The notes: generated by a model not told the origin, from the letters alone. Counted from the first letter of the stretch, positions 12,885 to 22,301 are shown. The stretch: 64,000 bases of DNA from Candidatus Hydrogenedentota bacterium (GCA_045863295.1 BTWA01000002.1:203137-267136); one strand, 5' to 3'. Program-made: numbers and translations.

Positions 12885-13230
12885 TACTTCTACTCCTTTT
12901 TCGGGGAATGAGACCGCTCTGTGGTTGGAAGCGAACAGCGCATTCCATGGTCACAGCGCATTTTCAGGGACAAATGAATCCACACAGTCGATGGTAGGGA
13001 GTGCGTCGACCCTGAATCGAAGGCGAGTGTACTTCTGAGGCAGCGAACATGAGAACACAGAAGGCACCGTAGCGACTCGAAACCGCACTACCGAGCATCG
13101 CTAGTTTGTAGTATACCAAGTTTTTGCAGAAACACAAGACTTTTTGTCCAACGTTGTCATCGCGAGTAACTGTTTGAAAAAGTTATAGTTATCGATAACG
13201 TATCATGTCTTTTATGTTGCACAGAGGTGA

Positions 13231-15459
13231 TTAGTTGTCAAGCCCCGAAATGATCCCCATCCATCGGCCCATCCAATAGGGATGAAGCCAGAATACGCCG
13301 TCGCTTTCCGTTTCGCCGCCTTCGCCCTGGACGGCCCGCCAGGGGTTCTGGTCCACCCGCATCACGCCTCGTTCGCTGAGCGGGGGAAGCGGATGGGTCT
13401 GCATGGGCTCGATTTCGGGTGCGCGCCGCAGCCGTATGTCCTCGCGCTGGGAGTTGTCGACGGTCCACAACACCAGGTCGAGCGGCGCATCTCGGAGGTA
13501 CTCGATGGATTCGTCAAAGGGTTTAGGACGTGCGGCGAGAGAGGCATAGATGATGTCGAGGAACGGGGTGTGGTCATCCGCGACGCCCTTATACCAATGG
13601 TCCAGGCTTTCCTGATAGACCGCGAGGATTGCGGGATCCTTTTCCAGAAACAGTCCGGGATAGGTGATGGCCAGCAGTTCATCGTCTATGTGGGTCCGCC
13701 AGGCGGGGTTGTACGCTTTGGCATTTCGGACATGCTCCAGATAGCCTTCGTCAAAGGCGAGCTTGCGGTACGCTTGTTCGTATTTTTCATCGCCTGTGAT
13801 GTGGTAGGTCACCTTGAGAAACGACAGGATTTCGGCTGCATTGATCCCCCGTTCCGGTCGCCAATCGGGGTCGTGGTTCAGTTTATCCGGCGCCCAAACG
13901 CCCCAGCGCGTGTGTTTGCCATCCTTATCGAGCAGCATGTAGCCGCCGTCGATGATGTAGTCCATTACCAAGCGCACGTGGTTTCGGACCCTGTCTTTTT
14001 CCCCGGCGTCTGCGGCGAGATTGAAATAGGTGAGATATCCGTAGAAGTGGCCGGTGATTTCATCGCTGCTGGTATCGCCTTTCCATCGCCATTTTCCATC
14101 GGCGCTCAGGCGCCAGCGGTCCTCCACCGGTTTGAAACGCGGATCGCCGGCGAGCCGGTCGGCGCGTTCGCGCTCGTCGAATGTTTCATTGGGGTCTGCC
14201 ATCCGAGCCCATTCCACGGGAATGACTGTGCGCGCGATGAATCCAGGCATGCCGGTGACGGTGCGGAGGAATTCCAGCGCACCGAAGGCCCGTTTTGCGT
14301 TAGCGCGTGCATCTTCCGAGCCCGTGGCTGCGTAACGGTACGACTCCATGGCGAGATAAATCGACGTATATTCGCCATCGTTGTCGTCGTCTCGCGGTTC
14401 CCATGTTGTGAGGTCGCCGGGGACACGGAGGCGGCACTTTTCCACCAATCCCGGTTCGCGCACATGGCGTGCCTGGCATTGCGCCATGTAGTAGTCCGCT
14501 TTTTCCTGGAGGGTCATGGTGCGTTTCTTGATGGCGCTCACGCCACCGGCAGTTGCGAGCCATGCGCCGCCTTCCGCGTCAAACGCGACGTCCCGCACGT
14601 CGTTGTGCAGGAGCCAGGTCCTGCTGTGGCGCAGGGAGTTGGCCTTGCCGTCGAATCGCACCACGCCGTGCGTCGTCCCGACCCACATGACACCGTCCGG
14701 GGCTTGCGCCACGCAGTTTGCGTATACGTTTGGCAATCCGTCTTCGGGAGTCAGCTCGCCGGATTTTTCGCCGTTTGCCAGGACCGTTACACCGCCCAGG
14801 CCGCTGACCCACACGGTGCGCCCCGGTCCGAACGCCACGCCGGTGGTTGCGGCGCTAATCAAGTCTTGTTCCAATTGGTATAAGCGGCTGTTCTTCCCGG
14901 CGTGGTGGTAGAGACCCTGGCCGGTGGAGACCCACATGCCGCCCTTTTCGTCGGATATGGCTTCTCGAATGGAGCGGGCCCATACTGCGTTGATCGGCTC
15001 CCATGTTTCGTCGTTTTGCCGCCAATTGCCCGCAGGTCCCAGGGCGGCCACGCCATTTTCCAAGGCGCAAATCACGGTGACCGGCACGTCGATGCCGGGC
15101 ACTTTATTCATCGTGTCCGAGTCGTTTGTGCGGTATACCCCGTTCCACGCGGCGACCCAGAGGCGCCCGTTGGAGTCCACGGTTACGTCAAACGCGGGTC
15201 CGGCCAGATCCTCGGGCATCATCGGGGTCCACGCGCCGTTGTCCAATCGGTACACGCCGGACTTTGTGGCGGCCCACACCCGGTTCTGCCTGTCTACTGC
15301 CACGGCCCGGACATCGTTCGAGTTCGCGTCGCCCAGTGGATACGGATCGTGGAATTCCTGGACGAAAGGGGCGTCCAGATATTTGGGAATGCGATCATCC
15401 GCCGCGCCCAGCAATGCGGCGCTCAGCAATAGTCCAAGGAGGAAAGTGCGAAATAGCAT
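13231..15459 (-). CDS. Secreted protein: beta-propeller repeats plus C-terminal helical (alpha/alpha-barrel-like) domain
   Basis: Signal peptide MLFRTFLLG; repeats such as DRQNRVWAATKSG and APDGVMWVGTTHG; WKGDTSSDE motif; function unassigned. Confidence 0.7.
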   Translation of the reverse strand: MLFRTFLLGLLLSAALLGAADDRIPKYLDAPFVQEFHDPYPLGDANSNDVRAVAVDRQNRVWAATKSGVYRLDNGAWTPMMPEDLAGPAFDVTVDSNGRLWVAAWNGVYRTNDSDTMNKVPGIDVPVTVICALENGVAALGPAGNWRQNDETWEPINAVWARSIREAISDEKGGMWVSTGQGLYHHAGKNSRLYQLEQDLISAATTGVAFGPGRTVWVSGLGGVTVLANGEKSGELTPEDGLPNVYANCVAQAPDGVMWVGTTHGVVRFDGKANSLRHSRTWLLHNDVRDVAFDAEGGAWLATAGGVSAIKKRTMTLQEKADYYMAQCQARHVREPGLVEKCRLRVPGDLTTWEPRDDDNDGEYTSIYLAMESYRYAATGSEDARANAKRAFGALEFLRTVTGMPGFIARTVIPVEWARMADPNETFDERERADRLAGDPRFKPVEDRWRLSADGKWRWKGDTSSDEITGHFYGYLTYFNLAADAGEKDRVRNHVRLVMDYIIDGGYMLLDKDGKHTRWGVWAPDKLNHDPDWRPERGINAAEILSFLKVTYHITGDEKYEQAYRKLAFDEGYLEHVRNAKAYNPAWRTHIDDELLAITYPGLFLEKDPAILAVYQESLDHWYKGVADDHTPFLDIIYASLAARPKPFDESIEYLRDAPLDLVLWTVDNSQREDIRLRRAPEIEPMQTHPLPPLSERGVMRVDQNPWRAVQGEGGETESDGVFWLHPYWMGRWMGIISGLDN

Positions 15460-15669
15460 GGTTTGTACCCCAGTTGCGATGGCGGGCCGCGAAAAAGTGC
15501 GCATGGCCTTGATAGGTATGGCGCAAAGACCGCCATCATACCGGGTAGCGGCGTGTCTCGCCAACCTCAGTGGGGGTAGCTTTGGAGGATAACCACAGCC
15601 GTCGCGCGCATACCGTATCCGCGCCGCAATCGTCTGTGGTAATGTCATGCGCTTTTAGGGAATGCCTGC

Positions 15670-17073
15670 GTGGAGTCAGAAATCATTCAACATACGGATG
15701 GGGACGCCGAACCCCGATGGGAAGGACTGCGGGAAGTCGCAGCCCTTGCTCTGCCTATTGCCATTGGTTCGCTTTCGTGGACCGTCATGCAATTGGTCGA
15801 CACGCTCATGGTCAGTTGGCTGGGTACCGACGCGCTGGCCGCGGTCGGATCGGCCAATCTTTGGTCTTATACCATGGCCACCTTTATCATGGGGGTGGTC
15901 AGTTGCGTCAGCACTTTTGTGGCTCAAAGCATTGGCCGTGAGCAACTGGACAATTGCGCGCGCTACGCGTGGCAGGGTTTTTACATTGCCATCGTATCCG
16001 GAATTCTCGTCTTGTTTTTCTGGCCTGTCACGCCTTTTCTCTTCGGCATCATGGGACACTCCGAGTCCGTAACGCGCCTGGAGACGATCTATTTCCAGGT
16101 CCGTTTGCTCGGATTCATGTTTCTTGCGCTCATGGGCGCGCAATCCGCCTTTTTCCAGGCCATCAACCGCCCCATGATTCCGACCTACGTCGCCATCGTG
16201 GCGAATGTCGTGAACATCGTGCTCGACTATCTGCTGATATTCGGTGTTTGGATATTTCCCCGCATGGAAATCGCGGGCGCCGCCTGGGCCACGAATGCAT
16301 CCCTGCTGCTTCAATGCGCCCTCATGATGGGTTTCTTTCTTCACGGGTCGTTTCATTCGAAGTATCACACCCGCACTAACTGGAAGCCCGATGCGGCCAA
16401 GATGCGCGAGTTGCTTCACATCGGATGGCCTGCCGGGCTGGCTCATTTGCTCGACGTGCTGAACTGGGGCATTTTTACGAGTTTCATCGTGGGCCGGTTT
16501 GGCGATATTGCCCTGGCCGCACACAACGCGGCCTTGAGCCTCATGCATTTTTCCTTTATGGGGGCCATGGCGATCAATCAGGCCATTGCCCCTATTGTGG
16601 GTCAGTGGATCGGGCGCGGCAACATCCTGCGCGCGAAAGCGCGCGCCTATACCGCCATGCGCGTGGCGATGGTGTACTTGCTGGTCATGGGTCTGATATT
16701 CGCGGCGGCGGGTGGACACATTCTCAAGTATGGTTTCAAAGCCGACCCGGAAGTGTTGCGCATCGGCTGGACGTTGCTGTTGTGCGCGGCGATATTCCAG
16801 CTTTTTGACGCGATTAACATCACTCTATTCGGCGCGTTGCGCGGGGCGGGCGATACGCGGTGGATTGCATGGCTCACCGCGATTGCGGCGTATGGGTTGT
16901 TCTTGCCTGCCGCGCTTATTTTCGCGTTTGTGCTTGAGTGGGGCCCCATTGGCGCATGGGCCGGCGCAACGGTTTACATTATTGGTCTCAGCGCCATTGT
17001 CTTCTGGCGATTCCACAGCGAACGGTGGCGTCACATCAATATTTTCAAGGAAGACTCGGCACGCACGCACTAA
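15670..17073 (+). CDS. MATE family efflux transporter
   Basis: About 12 TM helices; DTLMVSWLG, NIVLDYLLIFG, GALRGAGDTR. Confidence 0.92.
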   Translation: MESEIIQHTDGDAEPRWEGLREVAALALPIAIGSLSWTVMQLVDTLMVSWLGTDALAAVGSANLWSYTMATFIMGVVSCVSTFVAQSIGREQLDNCARYAWQGFYIAIVSGILVLFFWPVTPFLFGIMGHSESVTRLETIYFQVRLLGFMFLALMGAQSAFFQAINRPMIPTYVAIVANVVNIVLDYLLIFGVWIFPRMEIAGAAWATNASLLLQCALMMGFFLHGSFHSKYHTRTNWKPDAAKMRELLHIGWPAGLAHLLDVLNWGIFTSFIVGRFGDIALAAHNAALSLMHFSFMGAMAINQAIAPIVGQWIGRGNILRAKARAYTAMRVAMVYLLVMGLIFAAAGGHILKYGFKADPEVLRIGWTLLLCAAIFQLFDAINITLFGALRGAGDTRWIAWLTAIAAYGLFLPAALIFAFVLEWGPIGAWAGATVYIIGLSAIVFWRFHSERWRHINIFKEDSARTH

Positions 17074-17091
17074 ACGACAGGGCATTGCTGT

Positions 17092-17305
17092 TTTACGCAT
17101 TGCGGCGAAGGATGCGTTTTAACCGATACCTGTTTACGACATATCTCAAAAGCCCGGTATAAACCACCAAGGCACAAAGACACAAAGGAAGTAACTTCTA
17201 CCGCTTTACGCATTGCGGCGAGGGATGCGTTTGAGACTATTTACGAAGTATCCCAAAGCTTCTTTTCGGATTTTCTTCCTTTGTGTCTTCGTGTCTTTGT
17301 GGTTT
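17092..17305. repeat. Interleaved 28-bp direct repeat and 31-bp inverted repeat (MITE-like)
   Basis: DR 17092-17119 / 17205-17232 (1 mismatch); IR 17161-17191 / 17275-17305 (3 differences). Confidence 0.75.
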
Positions 17306-17316
17306 GGGACTTCGGT

Positions 17317-18078
17317 TCAGGCAATCCGCCCCCAGTAGACCACGGTGTTGTACACATGCCGTACCTGTCCGTTTTCGGCGTGCTTGTCGAAAAGCTGCTG
17401 TAACTCCACCAGCATATCCCCATAAGACGGGTCCGTTTCCGAGGGCATGTACGACGACGACAACACGCGGCCCTTCAGTCCTTCGAAATCCATCGATTGC
17501 CCGTGCGGAAACGACGCTTCATGGACCCCGCCCGTAAACATTGCCGCCTTCTTCTCCGGCGACAACAAATAGGTAGCCGCCACCTTCTCGTAGTCGGTCC
17601 CGTACTTTCGCAGGAAAGCTTCGTACTCCTGGAGAAAAGGCGTTGAATCGAGATCCCGCTGGTTCCACATCAGCACTAACACGCCGTCCGGTTTCAGAAT
17701 GCGGCGGAATTCCACGGCCGTCTTTTCCACGTCGAACCAGTGAAAGGCCTGTGCCGCGACGATGAAATCCACGCTGTTATCGCCGAGCGACGTTGCTTCC
17801 GCCGTCCCATTCACACTGCGAAACTTTTGATATTCCTTTAGAAAGTCTTCCGCCGCCAACCGCATTGGATCGTTCGGCTCCACGCCGTATACCGCGCATC
17901 CACAATCGAGGAACAACTTCGCGGAAATGCCCGTCCCCGATCCTACGTCCGCCACGATTGATGCTGTCGTCAGGCCGGCCTCAGCCGACAGCCAATCCAG
18001 TACTGCCGCTGGATAATCCGGCCGGTATTTCCGGTAACTGTCGACGCGGTTTGAGAAGCGATTCAACGAATTACTCAT
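17317..18078 (-). CDS. Class I SAM-dependent methyltransferase
   Basis: YRPDYP, VADVGSGTGI, AQAFHWFD. Confidence 0.9.
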   Translation of the reverse strand: MSNSLNRFSNRVDSYRKYRPDYPAAVLDWLSAEAGLTTASIVADVGSGTGISAKLFLDCGCAVYGVEPNDPMRLAAEDFLKEYQKFRSVNGTAEATSLGDNSVDFIVAAQAFHWFDVEKTAVEFRRILKPDGVLVLMWNQRDLDSTPFLQEYEAFLRKYGTDYEKVAATYLLSPEKKAAMFTGGVHEASFPHGQSMDFEGLKGRVLSSSYMPSETDPSYGDMLVELQQLFDKHAENGQVRHVYNTVVYWGRIA

Positions 18079-18158
18079 TATGGTATTGTACTAAAACCCT
18101 GCATGAATTCATTTGCAAGAAAGGTTCTGCATTTTTTGGTAGTGTCCTAATTTGAAGT

Positions 18159-18971
18159 TCACTCCACCAAATCACGGACCGTCCACAATTCCTTACTGAC
18201 TCCCGCAGCCATGGCCGGGGTAACACGTAGCGTCTTGTGGATGCGCACGAAATTGTAATGCGCGAAGTGTAGACCTACCGCAGCTTGCAGGTTTTCAAGC
18301 TTCTTGCTGAAAGCGTTCGTAAGCCGCGTGAAGCGCCGCATAGACATGCGCATGGTCAGATTTTGGCGTTCCACAAACGAGGTAGACACCTTGGCTATAT
18401 CGGGGTTGCCGGATACCACGGACCGTTCCGCATCAATCACGCGGGGCGGGCTGTAGCGTCCGGGGCCAACCGGGGTAGCTTTGTATACTTTAACCACCTT
18501 GCCGTAGTCCACATCTGCACCGAAAGCCGCTTCTACGGCATCCACGTAGAGATTAAGTGTGTCACTGGACAATTGCACACGGTTTACAAGGCGGCTGGAC
18601 AGGTCACGCATGAAAGCGTGGGCGTCCGTTGAGGTGCGCTTGCCGACGCGGTAGCAGGGCACAAGCTTGGAATCCGCATCCAACGCCACCCAGGTCCAAA
18701 CGTCGCCCGTGCGAGCCGGATCGTCATCGGCGGTAAGGTGCCGTTGTTTCTTTCCCACGTAGGACCAGATTTCATCCGTCTGGATGGTCTGGCAATTCAA
18801 ATCACGTATGGAAACGTCCATGAGTTGCGCACAGCCATTACCCACACGGACCATAAGCCGCATGATCGTATCACGGTGAACGCCCGTCATGCGCTCGGTA
18901 GAACGGATGGAATTCCCTTCTACCAAAGCACTTACGATTTGAGTTTGCTTGTCCGCTGATAGCTTGTTCAT
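18159..18971 (-). CDS. IS1-family DDE transposase, single ORF with N-terminal HTH
   Basis: EGNSIRSTERMTGV HTH; TDEIWSYV, SSD, VERQNLTMRMSMRRFTRLT, YNF.R.H..L..TPAMAAG; AAGGAG RBS. Confidence 0.9.
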   Translation of the reverse strand: MNKLSADKQTQIVSALVEGNSIRSTERMTGVHRDTIMRLMVRVGNGCAQLMDVSIRDLNCQTIQTDEIWSYVGKKQRHLTADDDPARTGDVWTWVALDADSKLVPCYRVGKRTSTDAHAFMRDLSSRLVNRVQLSSDTLNLYVDAVEAAFGADVDYGKVVKVYKATPVGPGRYSPPRVIDAERSVVSGNPDIAKVSTSFVERQNLTMRMSMRRFTRLTNAFSKKLENLQAAVGLHFAHYNFVRIHKTLRVTPAMAAGVSKELWTVRDLVE

Positions 18972-18997
18972 TGTATTGTCTCCTTTGAACTACCTAA

Positions 18998-19063
18998 ACT
19001 GTACGTACAATGCGCGTACAAGTCAAGAAGAAATTGCAATTGTACGCTCATTTGGCGTACAAT
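18998..19063. promoter_or_regulatory. Divergent sigma70-like promoters, each overlapped by a TGTACG-N9-CGTACA palindrome
   Basis: Minus strand: TTGACT(19026-21)-17-TACAGT(19003-18998). Plus strand: TTGCAA(19034-39)-18-TACAAT(19058-63). Palindromes 19000-19020 and 19041-19061. Confidence 0.7.
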
Positions 19064-19069
19064 AGTCAT

Positions 19070-19261
19070 ATGAAAAACGATACTAGAATTTATATCCGGC
19101 TAACTGAGTCCGAAAAAAACGCATTTCAAGACGCCGCCGACATCGGGGGCTTGAGTTTGTCGTCTTGGATTCGAGAGCGCCTTAGGCGAGCATGTGTGCA
19201 AGAACTTCGGTCTATCGATAGAATTCCCGAGTTCTTAGAATATAAGACGAAAGGGGAATAA
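19070..19261 (+). CDS. Small ribbon-helix-helix-like DNA-binding protein (63 aa)
   Basis: RIYIRL strand followed by two helices (EKNAFQDAA..GLSLSSWIRERL); stop overlaps next ATG (TAATG). Confidence 0.75.
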   Translation: MKNDTRIYIRLTESEKNAFQDAADIGGLSLSSWIRERLRRACVQELRSIDRIPEFLEYKTKGE

Positions 19262-20967
19262 TGGACTCTATAGCGCCGGTGGATTTTGAGGTAATGGCAA
19301 TCGCAAAAATCTTGGAACGTGAAATTCTTAGGGTTCCGCGCAATCAACGCGAATACTCGTGGACAAACGATAATGTTGACGACCTCTTTCAGGATATTGC
19401 AGATGCAATAGCAGACAACAGCCCGATTTACTTTCTTGGAACTGTTGTCTTGTCAACAACAAGCGATGGGTATCTTGAGATTGTTGATGGACAGCAAAGA
19501 ATTGCAACTACCACGATACTATTGACTGCAATGAGAGACTATTTGTATTCAATTTATGAAAAAGATATTGCAGACTCAATTGATAGCGACTTCATCAGAA
19601 AATACATAAGAAGCAAGCGAGAATATTCTCCAAAACTTACGCTGAATGTTGATGACAACAGCTACTACCGCGACAACTTAATCGCGTTGCCGCATCAGCG
19701 ACTACAAAAAGAGTCACTACTTGAATCGCACAGGCTACTGGAAAACGCCTTAAAAACTGCAGAGGACAGGGTAAGAACAATTGTACATGGTCACGGAGAC
19801 CCATCAAAACGCATTAACGATTGGGTTGATTACCTCGCCAATAAGGCTGTTGTCATTGTATTAAAAGCCCCAAGTGCCATGGACGCCTTCAAAATGTTTG
19901 AAACCCTGAATGATCGCGGCCTTCCGACAACCCAAGCGGATATGTTAAAAAACTATCTATTTGCTGAAGCTGATTCCGATGGTGCTGACGAGGCCCAAAG
20001 AAATTGGACATCGATGCGTGTGTCTCTTGAATCATTGGGCCAAGACGATATCACGTTGACCTACCTTCGACACTTTACTTTGATGCAGTATGGTCCAATT
20101 GAGCATAAGCGAAGCTTCTATGATCGCCTCCAGAAGCGCATAAAGGGCAAAACAAAGGCGCTTTCGTTTTTGGCAGAGCTTGCAAATTACGCCGACGACT
20201 ACGCGGCAATTCTGACTCCATCTCATTCAAAATGGGCTGAATACCCGAATGCTGTTCCGTCACTAATCGGCGCGATCAGGTTCCTTGGTGTTACTCAAAT
20301 TCGACCGCTTATTCTTGCTGTTGCTCACCATTTCAACAACCAAGAGGCAGAAAAGGCATTTAAATCATTTATATCATGGACAGTTAGGTTCCTAATTGCT
20401 GGTGGCATGAGAGGTCAAACTCTTGAAGATGCCTACGCGGAGCATGCGTATGCCGTATCTCAGGGTAAAATAACAACGACCAAAGAACTTCGAAAAAGCC
20501 TACTAGATCGAAGAATTATTCATTCGGACGAAGTATTCAAAGAGAAGTTTGCTGACGCAACGGTATCTAAAGGCCACCTAGCCCGTTATTACCTAAGGGC
20601 TATGGAAGCAAAGGTAACCCTCGAAACAGACAATCCAGAAACCGCTCCGCTTGAGGACCCCGCTATACTAAATCTTGAGCATATATTACCTGCTACCCCT
20701 GGAGATTATTGGGGGCACATTGAGCAAGAGCTCGCGAACGCCTTTTATAAGCGCATCGGGAATATGGTTTTATTGAACGCCAAAAAGAATCAATTGCTTG
20801 GAAACTGTGACTTCAAAAAGAAAAGAGAGTGCTTTAGTGATTCGGGATTGTTACTAACAAAAAGAGTAGCAGATGCGACAACTGAATCAACATTATGGGG
20901 TCCAGAAGAAATCAAAAAACGGCAAGCAGCGCTAGCGAAAATCGCAGTAGAAACGTGGCCACTATGA
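19261..20967 (+). CDS. GmrSD-like DUF262 + DUF1524 (HNH) restriction endonuclease
   Basis: QREYSW, DGQQR, FETLNDRG (DUF262); LEHILP, RIGNMVLL...N (DUF1524); AT-richer than flanks. Confidence 0.88.
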   Translation: MDSIAPVDFEVMAIAKILEREILRVPRNQREYSWTNDNVDDLFQDIADAIADNSPIYFLGTVVLSTTSDGYLEIVDGQQRIATTTILLTAMRDYLYSIYEKDIADSIDSDFIRKYIRSKREYSPKLTLNVDDNSYYRDNLIALPHQRLQKESLLESHRLLENALKTAEDRVRTIVHGHGDPSKRINDWVDYLANKAVVIVLKAPSAMDAFKMFETLNDRGLPTTQADMLKNYLFAEADSDGADEAQRNWTSMRVSLESLGQDDITLTYLRHFTLMQYGPIEHKRSFYDRLQKRIKGKTKALSFLAELANYADDYAAILTPSHSKWAEYPNAVPSLIGAIRFLGVTQIRPLILAVAHHFNNQEAEKAFKSFISWTVRFLIAGGMRGQTLEDAYAEHAYAVSQGKITTTKELRKSLLDRRIIHSDEVFKEKFADATVSKGHLARYYLRAMEAKVTLETDNPETAPLEDPAILNLEHILPATPGDYWGHIEQELANAFYKRIGNMVLLNAKKNQLLGNCDFKKKRECFSDSGLLLTKRVADATTESTLWGPEEIKKRQAALAKIAVETWPL

Positions 20968-21254
20968 CCGAGGTATCCCCCGATCAACTCCAAGCCGCCG
21001 TGGAAGGCACCCACGGGTGCCATGCCTCCAACCCGCGCCCCGAGTGGGTCACAGAGACATTCCAGGGCCAGACCGTATGGGATGGCGTGGTCCACACGTT
21101 CGACGTTGACCACCCGGACGCCAAGGTGTGCTATGCGTGGTCGGCGGCCGTAGATGGCACCGAAAATAGGAAGTTCTACGCGGTACTCGGGATACCGCCA
21201 ATCAATTCGGCAAGGGATGCGGTACGGGCGGCTATTGTGGCAGAGAATAGATAG
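20964..21254 (+). CDS. Hypothetical 96-aa protein inside IS element
   Basis: ATGA overlap with nuclease stop; ETFQGQTVWDGVVHTF..CYAWS..FYAVLGIPPI. Confidence 0.75.
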   Translation: MTEVSPDQLQAAVEGTHGCHASNPRPEWVTETFQGQTVWDGVVHTFDVDHPDAKVCYAWSAAVDGTENRKFYAVLGIPPINSARDAVRAAIVAENR

Positions 21255-21474
21255 GAATTCGGCAAGAGGGCGACTCCCGGACGACCCCAATGCGGCGACA
21301 CCTGCCTCAACGATTCCGGGCTCTCGGCAAGCGCCATTCCACAGCCATTCTACCACACCCAATTCAAATTAGGACACTACCCATTTTTTAACCTGTTGGA
21401 CAAACAGATTAAGGTCACGGACGATACATGGCGATTGGTATGCATTGACATGTGACACTAGGAGGATAAAGTAC

Positions 21475-22224
21475 GTGAGTCGTGGCAGAAGTAGAATTGA
21501 CACTTGTCGGCTTTGCCAAAAAAATCAGCGGATTTGCCGATCGCACGTGATACCAGATTTCCTGTTTAAGCCGCTTTATTTCGGTAAGCACACGATGAAA
21601 GAAGTCTCAACGGCCCCAGCTAGCCGAATCCGGACGAAACAAACTGGCCCAAGAGAACCACTGCTCAGTAATCATTGCGACAATGCGGTAATAGGTGGTT
21701 ATGAACGTTATGCGGCAAGTGTTTTTGACGGTACAGCCACGTATGAAATTGAAGATCATCCAAATGCGCGAGTTTTGCTCAAAATTGACTATCCGAAATT
21801 CAAATTATTCTTGGCATCTATTCTTTGGCGCGCGAGTATTTCTGCGGACAGTTTCTTTTGCAAGGTAAAACTTGATCCTAGTCACGAAGAAGAACTGCGT
21901 ATTATGATGTTGAATGGAAAGGTCAACGACCCTCGTCGATTCGCATGCTGTATGATTTACGATCCTACTATTATTAACTACACTACGCAAATGGTTTTAC
22001 AACCAGATACGATAACGGATCCTTCATTCGTTTGTTGCCGCTTTGTCATGGGCGGTCTCTTTTGGTTCTATTTCATACCTGATTGTGATGTTGAGCTTGT
22101 AAATAAGAACCTCGTCTTGACTCCAAGTGGAGCAATGGTTATTCGGAAAGAACGCAAATATGGACAAGAATTCATCAAACGGTTCATGTTTGATGTGGCA
22201 AATGGTCTAAGAACAGATGTTTAA
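21475..22224 (+). CDS. Low-GC hypothetical protein with N-terminal Zn/HNH-like motif
   Basis: GGAGGA RBS then GTG; CRLC...SHVIP...LLSNHCDN. Confidence 0.6.
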   Translation: MSRGRSRIDTCRLCQKNQRICRSHVIPDFLFKPLYFGKHTMKEVSTAPASRIRTKQTGPREPLLSNHCDNAVIGGYERYAASVFDGTATYEIEDHPNARVLLKIDYPKFKLFLASILWRASISADSFFCKVKLDPSHEEELRIMMLNGKVNDPRRFACCMIYDPTIINYTTQMVLQPDTITDPSFVCCRFVMGGLFWFYFIPDCDVELVNKNLVLTPSGAMVIRKERKYGQEFIKRFMFDVANGLRTDV

Positions 22225-22301
22225 CACTTAAAGTCTGGCGCGACTGTGCTGGTTCCAACAGTGATGAATTGTGTGAACAATCAAGCGTTTACATTCTCCA
22301 T

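Larger units (their letters stand above)
18138..21381. mobile_element. IS1-family element carrying passenger genes (3,244 bp)
   Basis: Perfect 19-bp TIR GGTAGTGTCCTAATTTGAA (18138-18156; reverse complement 21363-21381); flanking CATTTTTT duplication (18130-18137, 21382-21389); internal transposase. Confidence 0.93.

Noticed and set aside
17317..18078. Cognate DNA methyltransferase for the nuclease
   Set aside because: It lies outside the TIR/TSD, lacks DPPY/NPPY or PC motifs, and resembles small-molecule methyltransferases.
18159..18971. InsA/InsB programmed frameshift
   Set aside because: HTH and DDE regions are in one continuous frame, so no frameshift is needed.
19070..19261. Antitoxin of a TacA/GNAT-type toxin-antitoxin pair
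   Set aside because: The fold is similar but no GNAT, PIN or RelE toxin gene follows; a regulator role fits better.
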